NCBI GenBank assembly: GCA_964511015.1
Contig: CAZEDX010000007.1
Span: forward strand, 11,337-75,336
Length of the DNA stretch: 64,000 nucleotides
Direction of reading: 5' to 3'
DNA from: an uncultured bacterium
GTDB taxonomy: Bacteria; Lernaellota; Lernaellaia; Lernaellales; Lernaellaceae
The notes beneath the pieces are model-generated. The model saw nothing but the letters and a program-made list of their open reading frames with translations. It was not told the origin of the DNA and ran no database searches. Of this stretch, positions 1-9,662 are shown piece by piece; positions within the stretch are counted from its first letter, which is position 1, and every line of letters starts with the position of its first letter. The position numbers were made by a program, and so were the translations under genes.

Positions 1-1389
1 CGTCGCATCCAGGAACTCCGGCGCGCGCGGATCGGGCATGTCGTTCGGCAGGTAGAACACGCATTGCCGGGCGTAGTCAAAGCAGGTCGGCAACTGCTGT
101 TCGATACATTCGACGGGCACCCCGAGACGGTTCTTGATGTAGTCGAAACGGTTGTTCGCCGTGAGCGTCGCGCTGGTAAAGACCACCGAGGTGGTTGCCG
201 CAAAGAGGCTGTCTTGCATCATCGGTCCGAGGTCGATCGGCGCCTGGCGCAGGATCGTTGTCTTGGGGCGAATCTCGCGCCAATAGGCGAAGCGCGTGTC
301 GTCGGCGGCGCAGATCTCGTCGGTGGTCCGCGCCAGTTCGCCGAGGCGGGTGGCCAGTGGCGGCAGATCCAGCGCACTGTGCTTGGCCGCCAGCAATTCC
401 AGGGCGGCCATTACCTGTTGCGAGCTTTGGCGCAGCGCGGCCAAGGCGGCCAGGACCTCGGCCGTACAGTGCTCGGGCCGCAGGCGCAACTGCGTCTCCG
501 GCAAAGCGCGGTATGCGGCAAACACGGCATCGGCCGCCTGGCGCACGGCGGTCACCAAACGTATCAACGTGGCGTCATGGATCTGGGTTGCGGTCAGGAC
601 GCGGGTCAGATCGCGGCTCCATTCCTCGAAACGGAACGAGCTCGATTCCTGGCCGAAGTAGGAAGTGGCGGTGTCCTCAACCTGATGTGCTTCGTCGCAG
701 ATCACCGCATCGTAGTCGGGCAGCACTTGTCCTTCGCCGCGGCTATTCTGGCGCAGCGACAAATCGGCGAACAGCAGGTGATGGTTGACCACCACCAGGT
801 CGGCCGCGGCGGCGCGCGCGCGAGCCTTGGTGATGAAACATTCCTTATGGTGCTGGCATCGATGCCCGGTGCAGGTGACCGACGAGGAACAGATGTCGTT
901 CCAGGCCGCGTAGTCGTCCGGCAGTTCGGTCATTTCGGCGCGGTCACCCGTTTCGGTCTTTTCCGACCACCGCACCAGGTAGTCCCAACGTGCCGCTTCC
1001 TCGCGGGAGCGGAATTCCGGCTGCGCCAGAAAATTGTGCAGTCGGTAGCGGCACAGGTAGTTTTGCCGGCCCTTGAGCGTCACCGCGCGCACCGAACGAC
1101 CAAGTACCTGTTCGGCGACGGGCACGTCCTTGCGCACCACCTGTTCCTGCAACGTCTTGGTGCCGGTGGATACGATCACCCGGCGTCCGGCGGTGAGGGC
1201 CGGCACGAGATAGGCAATGGTTTTGCCGGTGCCGGTCGGGGCTTCGATTAACGCGACTTCATGTTCCTGCAAGGCTTGCCGTGTCAGGGTGGCCATGGTG
1301 AGCTGTCCTGGGCGGTGTTCGTAATGTTCGAAGACGCCGGCCAAGAGGCCCTGTGGTCCGAAGATGCGGGAGAGATTGTCAGTCGCCAC
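1..1389 (-). CDS. ATP-dependent DNA helicase, DinG/YoaA family (3' end runs off window)
   Basis: Not in the ORF track (no stop in window). Manual translation from GTG 1389: MATDNLSRIFGPQGLLAGVFEHYEHRPGQLTMA...EAPTGTGKTIAYLVPAL...VSTGTKTLQEQ (Q motif, Walker A, motif Ia); frame stays open to the edge (VFYLPNDMPDP). Confidence 0.92.
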   Translation of the reverse strand, partial: MATDNLSRIFGPQGLLAGVFEHYEHRPGQLTMATLTRQALQEHEVALIEAPTGTGKTIAYLVPALTAGRRVIVSTGTKTLQEQVVRKDVPVAEQVLGRSVRAVTLKGRQNYLCRYRLHNFLAQPEFRSREEAARWDYLVRWSEKTETGDRAEMTELPDDYAAWNDICSSSVTCTGHRCQHHKECFITKARARAAAADLVVVNHHLLFADLSLRQNSRGEGQVLPDYDAVICDEAHQVEDTATSYFGQESSSFRFEEWSRDLTRVLTATQIHDATLIRLVTAVRQAADAVFAAYRALPETQLRLRPEHCTAEVLAALAALRQSSQQVMAALELLAAKHSALDLPPLATRLGELARTTDEICAADDTRFAYWREIRPKTTILRQAPIDLGPMMQDSLFAATTSVVFTSATLTANNRFDYIKNRLGVPVECIEQQLPTCFDYARQCVFYLPNDMPDPRAPEFLDAT

Positions 1390-1392
1390 GAT

Positions 1393-3303
1393 TCAGTACA
1401 GCTCTTCGATGCCGTTGGGGCCGACACGCAGCAGGTACAGGCGGCGGCGGACATTTCGGTCTTCGCCCATCGACAACTCACCGGTGACGCCGGCAAAGGC
1501 ATCAAGCGACATCAGCTCGGTGCGGATCTTTTCCCGCCCCCGGGCGCCGGGCCGCGACAGGATGCGCTGCAACAGCCGAACGGTGTCGAATCCGACCGCA
1601 GACAGGAAACTGGGCTCCTGACCGTACTCGTTGCGGAACATGCTGACGAACGGGTCGACTTCGGTATTGGCCGCTCGGGCGAAAAAGCCGTCAACGAACA
1701 CCGCGCGCGAGAGATAGGCGTTGGCGGTGCGTGCCAGTTCGTCATTGTTCCAGCGGTTGATGCCCAGCAGCATCACGTTTTTGACTTCGTAGTACACCAG
1801 TTGCGGCGCCAGCAGTGCGACGCGGCGGTAGTTGTCAGGAATGAACAGCGCGTCGAATTTGCCGCCCGACCGGAGTTGCCCGATGGGGTACCGAAAGTCG
1901 GTTTCGTCGGGGGCATAACCGACCGCGGCAACCACCCGCCCGCGGGTGCCGGCTACCGCGCGGCGGAAGACATCGACGAAATGGCGCCCCTGTTCATCTT
2001 CGGGATACAGGATGGCGAAACGGGTGGCGTTTTGTTGTTCGACCGCATAGCGGACCAGCGTGCGAGCCTGGTCACTAGCGGTCAGGAAGTTGCGGAAGGC
2101 CCAGCGTCCTTCTTCGGCCAACGTCTCGCGCGGGCTGAGGGCGATCAGCGGGATCGCGCGCTTTTCGGCCGCTTCGACGGCAGCAGTGGCGGTCTTGCCC
2201 AGCAACGGCCCGATGATGGCGAGCACCTCGGGGTTGTCGGCCAGTTCGTTGACTGCTTGGGCGGCCGTCGCCGGGTCTCCGCGCGTATCGCGCACGATCA
2301 TGCGGCAGGCCGAAGGGTTCTGGTCGCCGAACAGACCGGCGCCGAGCATGACGCCATGCAACACTTCGCGGCCGAACACGCCGGCGTCGCCGCTCAGCGG
2401 CAGCAGCAAGCCGATCGCGCAGGCAGGCCCCTCGGAGATCGGCTCATTGCCGGTGAACGATTCAACCGCGCCGGCCGCCGGCGGAGTCGGGCCCGCGCCG
2501 AGCGCGCGCTGCAACAGTTCCTCGGCCTTGGCGTAGAACTTGTACTTGCGGTTAGTGTACTTGATTTCGCGTAGCAGCCGCACGGCTTCGGTGCGCCGCC
2601 CGCCATACATGAGCTGTTCGGCGGCGCGGTAGCGGGAGAAGTCGGCCACCGGCCCTTCGTTGAGGCGAGGGATGAGGGTGAGCAATTCGTCAAGTGAGAT
2701 CTTGTCGCTGAGTAAATCGCGCACTTTCTTGAGCAACTCGACCTGTTGGTCGTTGTCGAGGTCCGGACGACAAGAACCATAGGCGATCAGAGCTTTCGGG
2801 TATTGCTGCAATGCCACATAGCTGTCGCCGAGCAGGATCTTGGCCTCGTCGGGCCGCTTCGCACCCTGGACGTTCACGTAGTACCCGAATGCCTGCACGG
2901 CGCGATCGTGTTGCTTCAACTTCTGCTGGCAGACCCCCATCTCGAAGTAGGCTTCGACCGCCATCGGATGATCGGCGTGTTCACTGGTCAAAAGCCGGAA
3001 GTAGAAGAGGGCTTCTTCGAACGAGTTGGTGCGCAGGTAGATCTGACCGATCTGGTACATGGCCGGCGGCGCTTGGGGGCTGTGGGGGAAACGCTCGACC
3101 ACCAGTTTGTACTGCTCCAGCGCTTTGGTCATGAAGTTGTTGCGGTAGTAAGCTTCGGCCTTTTCAAACAATGCCTCGGCGCTTCCCTCGGGCGCCGGTG
3201 TGGTTCCGGGCGGCGTCACCGCCCGAACCAGTGCCGGGAACGTACCGATGACGAGCAATGCCAGGATGCCGACAGCGAGCAGCGTGGAGCGGCCTCGGTT
3301 CAT
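1393..3303 (-). CDS. Penicillin-binding protein activator LpoA/LppC-like protein: N-terminal TPRs plus C-terminal type 1 periplasmic binding fold
   Basis: Start moved to ATG 3303 (ATGA overlap with dnaJ stop). Signal peptide MNRGRSTLLAVGILALLVIG, TPR-like repeats (ALEQYKLVVERFPHSPQAPPAMYQIG), IGLLLPLSG...IIGPLL, LFIPD...LAPQL and GVTG motifs typical of the family. Confidence 0.75.
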   Translation of the reverse strand: MNRGRSTLLAVGILALLVIGTFPALVRAVTPPGTTPAPEGSAEALFEKAEAYYRNNFMTKALEQYKLVVERFPHSPQAPPAMYQIGQIYLRTNSFEEALFYFRLLTSEHADHPMAVEAYFEMGVCQQKLKQHDRAVQAFGYYVNVQGAKRPDEAKILLGDSYVALQQYPKALIAYGSCRPDLDNDQQVELLKKVRDLLSDKISLDELLTLIPRLNEGPVADFSRYRAAEQLMYGGRRTEAVRLLREIKYTNRKYKFYAKAEELLQRALGAGPTPPAAGAVESFTGNEPISEGPACAIGLLLPLSGDAGVFGREVLHGVMLGAGLFGDQNPSACRMIVRDTRGDPATAAQAVNELADNPEVLAIIGPLLGKTATAAVEAAEKRAIPLIALSPRETLAEEGRWAFRNFLTASDQARTLVRYAVEQQNATRFAILYPEDEQGRHFVDVFRRAVAGTRGRVVAAVGYAPDETDFRYPIGQLRSGGKFDALFIPDNYRRVALLAPQLVYYEVKNVMLLGINRWNNDELARTANAYLSRAVFVDGFFARAANTEVDPFVSMFRNEYGQEPSFLSAVGFDTVRLLQRILSRPGARGREKIRTELMSLDAFAGVTGELSMGEDRNVRRRLYLLRVGPNGIEELY

Positions 3304-4409
3304 GCGGCACCTCCGACGGCGCGGCGTACCGCTGCGGTCAGCGCGGGTGAGGGGTGGCCTTGGGCGGCGCGGGCTTCTTGCAACCACTGCATCGCCAGAT
3401 TGCGCGATTCGGCGGCCAACGCCGCCGGCAGACGAACGTCAATCACCACGAACAGGTCGCCGCGGCCGCGGTCGGACGGAACCGGGAACCCCTGGCCGGC
3501 GACACCAAGGTGCTGACCGGGATACAATCCACCTGGAGCGCGGACTTCCAGGGTTCGGCCGTCCGGCAGTTCCACCGGTAACACGCCGCCGTCGAGGGCA
3601 ATGGCGAGGTCGACTTCCCGCTCCACGATCAGGTCGTGGCCTTCGCGTCCGTAAGTAAGAGAGCCCTCGACGTTGAGGCGCACCAGCAAATCGCCGTCGC
3701 GGCCGCCAAAGCGGCCCGGCACACCTTGGCCCTTGAGGCGCAACCGTGTGCCACTGGCCACGCCGGCCGGTACGCGGACGGAGGTCGTGGCCTGGGTTTG
3801 CACCAAGCCTTCGCCGCGGCAAGGCTCGCAGCGGCCTTCACCGGCGACGCCTCGTCCGTTGCAGCGGGGGCAGCGCTTGGTGAGGCCGGGCACGGTGCGA
3901 ATCGCCAGCCGGCCCGCGCCCGCGCAAGCCGGGCAGGGCGTCGGTGCGCGCAGGCCGGTGCCGTTACACTCCTTGCATCGCGACGGTTTGGCATGGGTGA
4001 AGCGCAGTTCGGTGCCGGAGTAGCTTTCGGCGAAGGTGATGTCCCACGACAGCGAAAGGTCGTGCCCATCAATACGGCCAGCCCGTTGCCCCAGTTCGTT
4101 GAGGCGGCGCAAGCCGTGGGCGATGCGGCTGACGACGCGCGCCCGGGTCGCCGGGTCTTCGGCCAGCGAGACCAGGCGATCGACCGGCGGCAAGGCGCGC
4201 AGCAGGCGGCGGGCGTCATAAGATTTGCGGGCGCGCGGGTCGGAGAGCACGCGATAGGCTTCGGCCACCTCGGCGAAGCGCTGGTGGTCGGCCGGGTTGC
4301 TGTTCACGTCCGGGTGCAGTTGCCGGGCAAGCCGACGGTAGGCAGCGCGGATATCGTCCACGCTGTCCGTCGGTTTCACGCCCAATATGCGATACAAATC
4401 GCGCCGCAT
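3300..4409 (-). CDS. DnaJ-class co-chaperone (J domain, four CxxCxGxG repeats, C-terminal domain)
   Basis: DLYRILGV...LHPDVN (HPD), CKECNGTG/CPACAGAG/CPRCNGRG/CEPCRGEG, VPAGVASGTRLRLKGQG...GDL; directly downstream of dnaK. Confidence 0.9.
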   Translation of the reverse strand: MRRDLYRILGVKPTDSVDDIRAAYRRLARQLHPDVNSNPADHQRFAEVAEAYRVLSDPRARKSYDARRLLRALPPVDRLVSLAEDPATRARVVSRIAHGLRRLNELGQRAGRIDGHDLSLSWDITFAESYSGTELRFTHAKPSRCKECNGTGLRAPTPCPACAGAGRLAIRTVPGLTKRCPRCNGRGVAGEGRCEPCRGEGLVQTQATTSVRVPAGVASGTRLRLKGQGVPGRFGGRDGDLLVRLNVEGSLTYGREGHDLIVEREVDLAIALDGGVLPVELPDGRTLEVRAPGGLYPGQHLGVAGQGFPVPSDRGRGDLFVVIDVRLPAALAAESRNLAMQWLQEARAAQGHPSPALTAAVRRAVGGAA

Positions 4410-4479
4410 GCTCGCTTAACACCAAAACGGGGCGCGCACCGCCGCGGCCGCACCCCGTGTTCGAGTCACCGGTGAGGAA

Positions 4480-6360
<1,881 letters not shown>

Positions 6361-6448
6361 ATCTCGCGTCCCTCCAGCCCAGGAGTCTGTTTGCCCACAC
6401 TACACGTTTTCGTCCGGCCGTGTTCCCCCATGCAACCATGAGCGGGCG

Positions 6449-7357
6449 TTAACTACCGCTTTGACCTTCACTCCCTGGCGTCGTCGCATTTGCCGGGGGA
6501 GTTTCCGCCGCGGGCGCGGAATCAGGCCGTTTGCTCACCACCACTTTCGCCGGCCGCAACAGGCGATCGTGCAACAGATATCCACGTTGATACTCGCTCA
6601 CCACCAGGCTAGGCGGTATCTCCGTGGTTTCAATGGCCACCATTGCATCGTGAAACGCCGGGTCAAAAGCCTTGCCTTTAGCATCTATCGGCGTGACCCC
6701 GGAAGCTTTTAACGTATCGATTAGTTGCTTGTGGATCAGCCGAACGCCTTGCACCATTGCGTGCTTGTCGTCGCTTTTTTCCCCGTGTTCGATGGCCCGC
6801 TCCAAGTTATCGAGAATCGGCAGGATTTGCAACATTAAAGCTTCGTTGCTGAAACGTTTGGCGGTTTCGGTTTCCCGTTCGAGACGCTGCCGGAACTTTT
6901 CGAATTCCGCCTGGATTTTTCGCAAGCGCTCGACCAGTTCCTGAATCTGTCCTTCTTTTTCCTTCAGCAGTTCTTCATTGACCTTGCTCTCGCCTTTAAT
7001 CGCGTCAAAGAGCACGTTCTTGAAGAAGTCTGCTTCTTTTTCGAGGTTGTACTCCTCCTCGAGCAAACGGGTCAGTACCGAAAGATCATTTTCGTTGCCT
7101 TCCGCCTTTTCTTTTACCTTCGGTTTAGCCGGGGGGGGTGGGGTAGGGGCCGTTTCGGCTTCTAGAATTTCCATCAGATCAAGCAAATCTTGGGTGTCAG
7201 AGACAGGCTCCGCCGGAGCACCCTCGGCAGGCTCCTTCTCCTTCTTGCTTTTGCGCGTTTGCGCCTGGATTTTTTCGACGGCCCGAAGCGCTTCCTCGAA
7301 AACGGATTCCGGAATGTCAGCGGTGATCGTGTCGTCGTCTTTTTCTTCTGGTTTCAC
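6449..7357 (-). CDS. grpE: Nucleotide exchange factor GrpE with long N-terminal extension
   Basis: QAEFEKFRQR...LPILDNLERA...FDPAFHDAM...YQRGYLLHDRLLRPAKVVV; directly upstream of dnaK. Confidence 0.95.
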   Translation of the reverse strand: MKPEEKDDDTITADIPESVFEEALRAVEKIQAQTRKSKKEKEPAEGAPAEPVSDTQDLLDLMEILEAETAPTPPPPAKPKVKEKAEGNENDLSVLTRLLEEEYNLEKEADFFKNVLFDAIKGESKVNEELLKEKEGQIQELVERLRKIQAEFEKFRQRLERETETAKRFSNEALMLQILPILDNLERAIEHGEKSDDKHAMVQGVRLIHKQLIDTLKASGVTPIDAKGKAFDPAFHDAMVAIETTEIPPSLVVSEYQRGYLLHDRLLRPAKVVVSKRPDSAPAAETPPANATTPGSEGQSGS

Positions 7358-7437
7358 ACCGATTGCCCCAAGGTTCTGTGCCTGAAACTGAAGAAATCCC
7401 CTATATAGTGGACGACTCTCGCACTCTTGAGTTGGTA

Positions 7438-7466
7438 TGTATATTTGTTTGTCCCTAGGATGTCAA
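7438..7466 (-). promoter_or_regulatory. Possible sigma70-type promoter for grpE-dnaK-dnaJ
   Basis: Minus strand TTGACA (7466-7461), 17 nt spacer, TATACA (7443-7438); perfect -35 but only 4/6 -10. Confidence 0.4.
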
Positions 7467-7588
7467 GACGACCTCCCAAAGCCCTCTTTTTGGGTTTTAT
7501 TAAGTCAAACTATGGGATTGATCGAAAAAACCGAAGCACGCTTGTCGGATACGCGTTCAACTGGTAAACAAGACGCCGCGAGGGAAAC

Positions 7589-8005
7589 ATGTGGAAATTG
7601 TTGGTGCGGTGCGGAGAGGCCGGCGAGGCCGATATTCCAATCGATGGATCATTGACGGTTGGACGCGATGCGGGCAATTCGATCTGGCTTGACGACCCCC
7701 TGGTTTCACGCCGCCACGCGCGTGTGCGTTTGCGTGGCGACGAACTGTTGTTGGAAGACCTCGGCAGTGCCAACGGCGTGCTGCGCAACGGGGAGCCGGT
7801 CGATCAGTCGGCGCTCCTACGGGCGGGCGACGTGCTGGTAATCGGCTCAACGACCTTGTTGGTCACCTGGACGGCAGTTGATGGCACTTCGGCCACTACA
7901 TCCCGACCGTTGGATGCCACCGCTTCTTTGTCCATGATAAACGACGATGATGTGTTGCCTTCGTCGAATCAGACCCCAAACGAAAAGAGAGGCCAGGCGA
8001 AGTGA
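7589..8005 (+). CDS. FHA domain protein (possible read-through extension to 8071)
   Basis: VGRDAGNSIWLDDPLVSRRHA...EDLGSANG: conserved FHA GR, SxxH and NG motifs. Confidence 0.9.
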   Translation: MWKLLVRCGEAGEADIPIDGSLTVGRDAGNSIWLDDPLVSRRHARVRLRGDELLLEDLGSANGVLRNGEPVDQSALLRAGDVLVIGSTTLLVTWTAVDGTSATTSRPLDATASLSMINDDDVLPSSNQTPNEKRGQAK

Positions 8006-8117
8006 GGCTGTCTGGCGACGTTGTTGGTGATCGGCACTGCCGCTGTCGTGATATGGAGTGTGTTGTGTTGAGGTCACGGAACATTCGCCGTCATTTGCGC
8101 GGCCAGAGGAAGAGGCA

Positions 8118-8513
8118 ATGACCGGACGAAAACCTTCGCTGGAGGACACTACCGCCATCCGCACCAAGACGGATCTGATCAAGACCGCGAAGAAGAACAG
8201 GCGCGAGCCCCCCGGCGGAGTGCCGTTCTTGCTGGTGCTGTCCGGACCGCTCAAGCACAAGAAAGTGCTGTTGCTCGCCAGTGAAACCTTGCTGGGCCGT
8301 AGCCGGAAATGTCACGTGCGGCTGTCGGATCCCACCGTGTCGCAATTGCATGCCGCAATCACGCGTACACCGGAAGGCGTGTTCGTGCGCGATCTGGGCA
8401 GTTCTAACGGCACTCATCTCAACGGCGCGGCGGTGGAAAATTCGCGAGCGCTCGCCGACCGCGACCGGTTGTTCATCGGGGGCACCGAACTCGAGTACCG
8501 CGCGGGGAATTGA
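8118..8513 (+). CDS. FHA domain protein with N-terminal Thr-rich extension
   Basis: ATG 8118 after purine-rich GAGGAAGAGG; LGRSRKCHVRLSDPTVSQLHA...DLGSSNGT FHA motifs. Confidence 0.88.
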   Translation: MTGRKPSLEDTTAIRTKTDLIKTAKKNRREPPGGVPFLLVLSGPLKHKKVLLLASETLLGRSRKCHVRLSDPTVSQLHAAITRTPEGVFVRDLGSSNGTHLNGAAVENSRALADRDRLFIGGTELEYRAGN

Positions 8514-8558
8514 TGGGTAGTTGGCGGGTTATAACCGGTTTATCTTGCGGCAGGCGGA

Positions 8559-8984
8559 TTATTCCGAATGAAACTTGTTGTACAGGCAATGCCACTTGCC
8601 CCAACAGAACCAATAGTTGATCACGGGGCGAACATGTTTCGCCTGATCGAGTGGACAAATCGTGCGGGGCAGCTTGTCGAGCTTAATCACCTGGACTTCA
8701 TGTTCGGTTTCGCCGATTCGCGGCTGATAGATCACCACGAGTTCCGGCACCGGTCGGCCAGGGTATTTGATCGTGTAGGCGGCGCGTACTTCCCAAATCT
8801 CGCGGCGGTTCTGGCTGTTAACATCCCATAGCGCGGCGTCCAACGCCTTCTGGTTGTCATAACAATCGAAGCGAAAGTGCGCTTGATAGGCATCTGCCGC
8901 GCGCAATCCGACGACAAACAATAGCACGACGATGACCAGCAGAAAGGCCACATCGAGGACGGAAAAACCGCGTTGATGCTTCAT
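8559..8984 (-). CDS. Type IV pilin/pseudopilin-like protein
   Basis: MKHQRG|FSVLDVAFLLVIVVLLFVVGL class III signal-like N-terminus, post-helix CYDNQKAL, C-terminal CP...Y...C...H. Confidence 0.65.
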   Translation of the reverse strand: MKHQRGFSVLDVAFLLVIVVLLFVVGLRAADAYQAHFRFDCYDNQKALDAALWDVNSQNRREIWEVRAAYTIKYPGRPVPELVVIYQPRIGETEHEVQVIKLDKLPRTICPLDQAKHVRPVINYWFCWGKWHCLYNKFHSE

Positions 8985-9604
8985 CGGATCTTCACCACCC
9001 CGTCCGCCGTTGCGTAGAGCTTGCGGAACCCGAAGCGATCCGCGCGCGGTAGATTGAGAATGAATCCCTCCGGTCCGTTCACCGGTGTATAGACGTAGTC
9101 TTCCTCCGTTCCCAGTACGCTGGGCTTGTGCTCGAGGTAGTCGGGGAAAAGCTCGACCAGTTTCTCAGGAAACTGACCCTGGTGGTCGTTCGCGTAAGCA
9201 AACAGCTTGGCTACGATGTAGCTCATCTCCGGCGCCGGGTCGCCTTGATCGGCGAAGCGTTTGGTGTCGAAGGTCGCCGGTGTGCCCGCCCGGCCGATGT
9301 AGTGGCCCAAGAACAAGTGAATACCAACCAAGGCGAGAATGGTCAGCACAAGCCAACCGTTGATGTATTCCAACGCCTTGTCGATACGGCCGGGTTTTTC
9401 GATGCGTGCTTCACGCAGGCGTTGCACCCGATCGCGGTACTTGATCATGTCCTCGTCGGCATAGTCGACCGCTTGCTCCAGGGTGCAAGCGGGGCAGACC
9501 ACGTGGTCTTCGTCGTCAAACCGCATGCAGTCTTCGCAAATCGGTTTGCCGCAACTCGAGCATTCGTAGATTGCATCTTTGGTCGGGTGGAAGTAGCACT
9601 TCAT
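8981..9604 (-). CDS. B-box-type zinc finger membrane protein
   Basis: MKCYFHP...CSSCGKPICEDC...CPAC followed by one TM helix (WLVLTILALVGIHLFLG); ATG 9604; ATGA overlap with next gene. Confidence 0.8.
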   Translation of the reverse strand: MKCYFHPTKDAIYECSSCGKPICEDCMRFDDEDHVVCPACTLEQAVDYADEDMIKYRDRVQRLREARIEKPGRIDKALEYINGWLVLTILALVGIHLFLGHYIGRAGTPATFDTKRFADQGDPAPEMSYIVAKLFAYANDHQGQFPEKLVELFPDYLEHKPSVLGTEEDYVYTPVNGPEGFILNLPRADRFGFRKLYATADGVVKIR

Positions 9605-9662
9605 GCCAATCGAATCCTCGACATTATTATAGTCGTGCCTCCGCAGTTGGCGCAAATGTGCT

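Noticed and set aside
64-2574. Long plus-strand ORFs (395 aa, 437 aa) and the many other antisense or alternate-frame ORFs in the track
   Set aside because: They shadow well-supported genes on the other strand or frame and have no motifs; this is expected in high-GC DNA.
7405-7445. CIRCE-like half site (GCACTC/GAGTGC) upstream of grpE
   Set aside because: Only one arm resembles TTAGCACTC; there is no second arm at 9-nt spacing and no hrcA.
7589-8071. Genome-wide UGA reassignment as the explanation for the FHA read-through
   Set aside because: Many genes here end in TGA with ATGA/TGATG coupling, so UGA is a normal stop.
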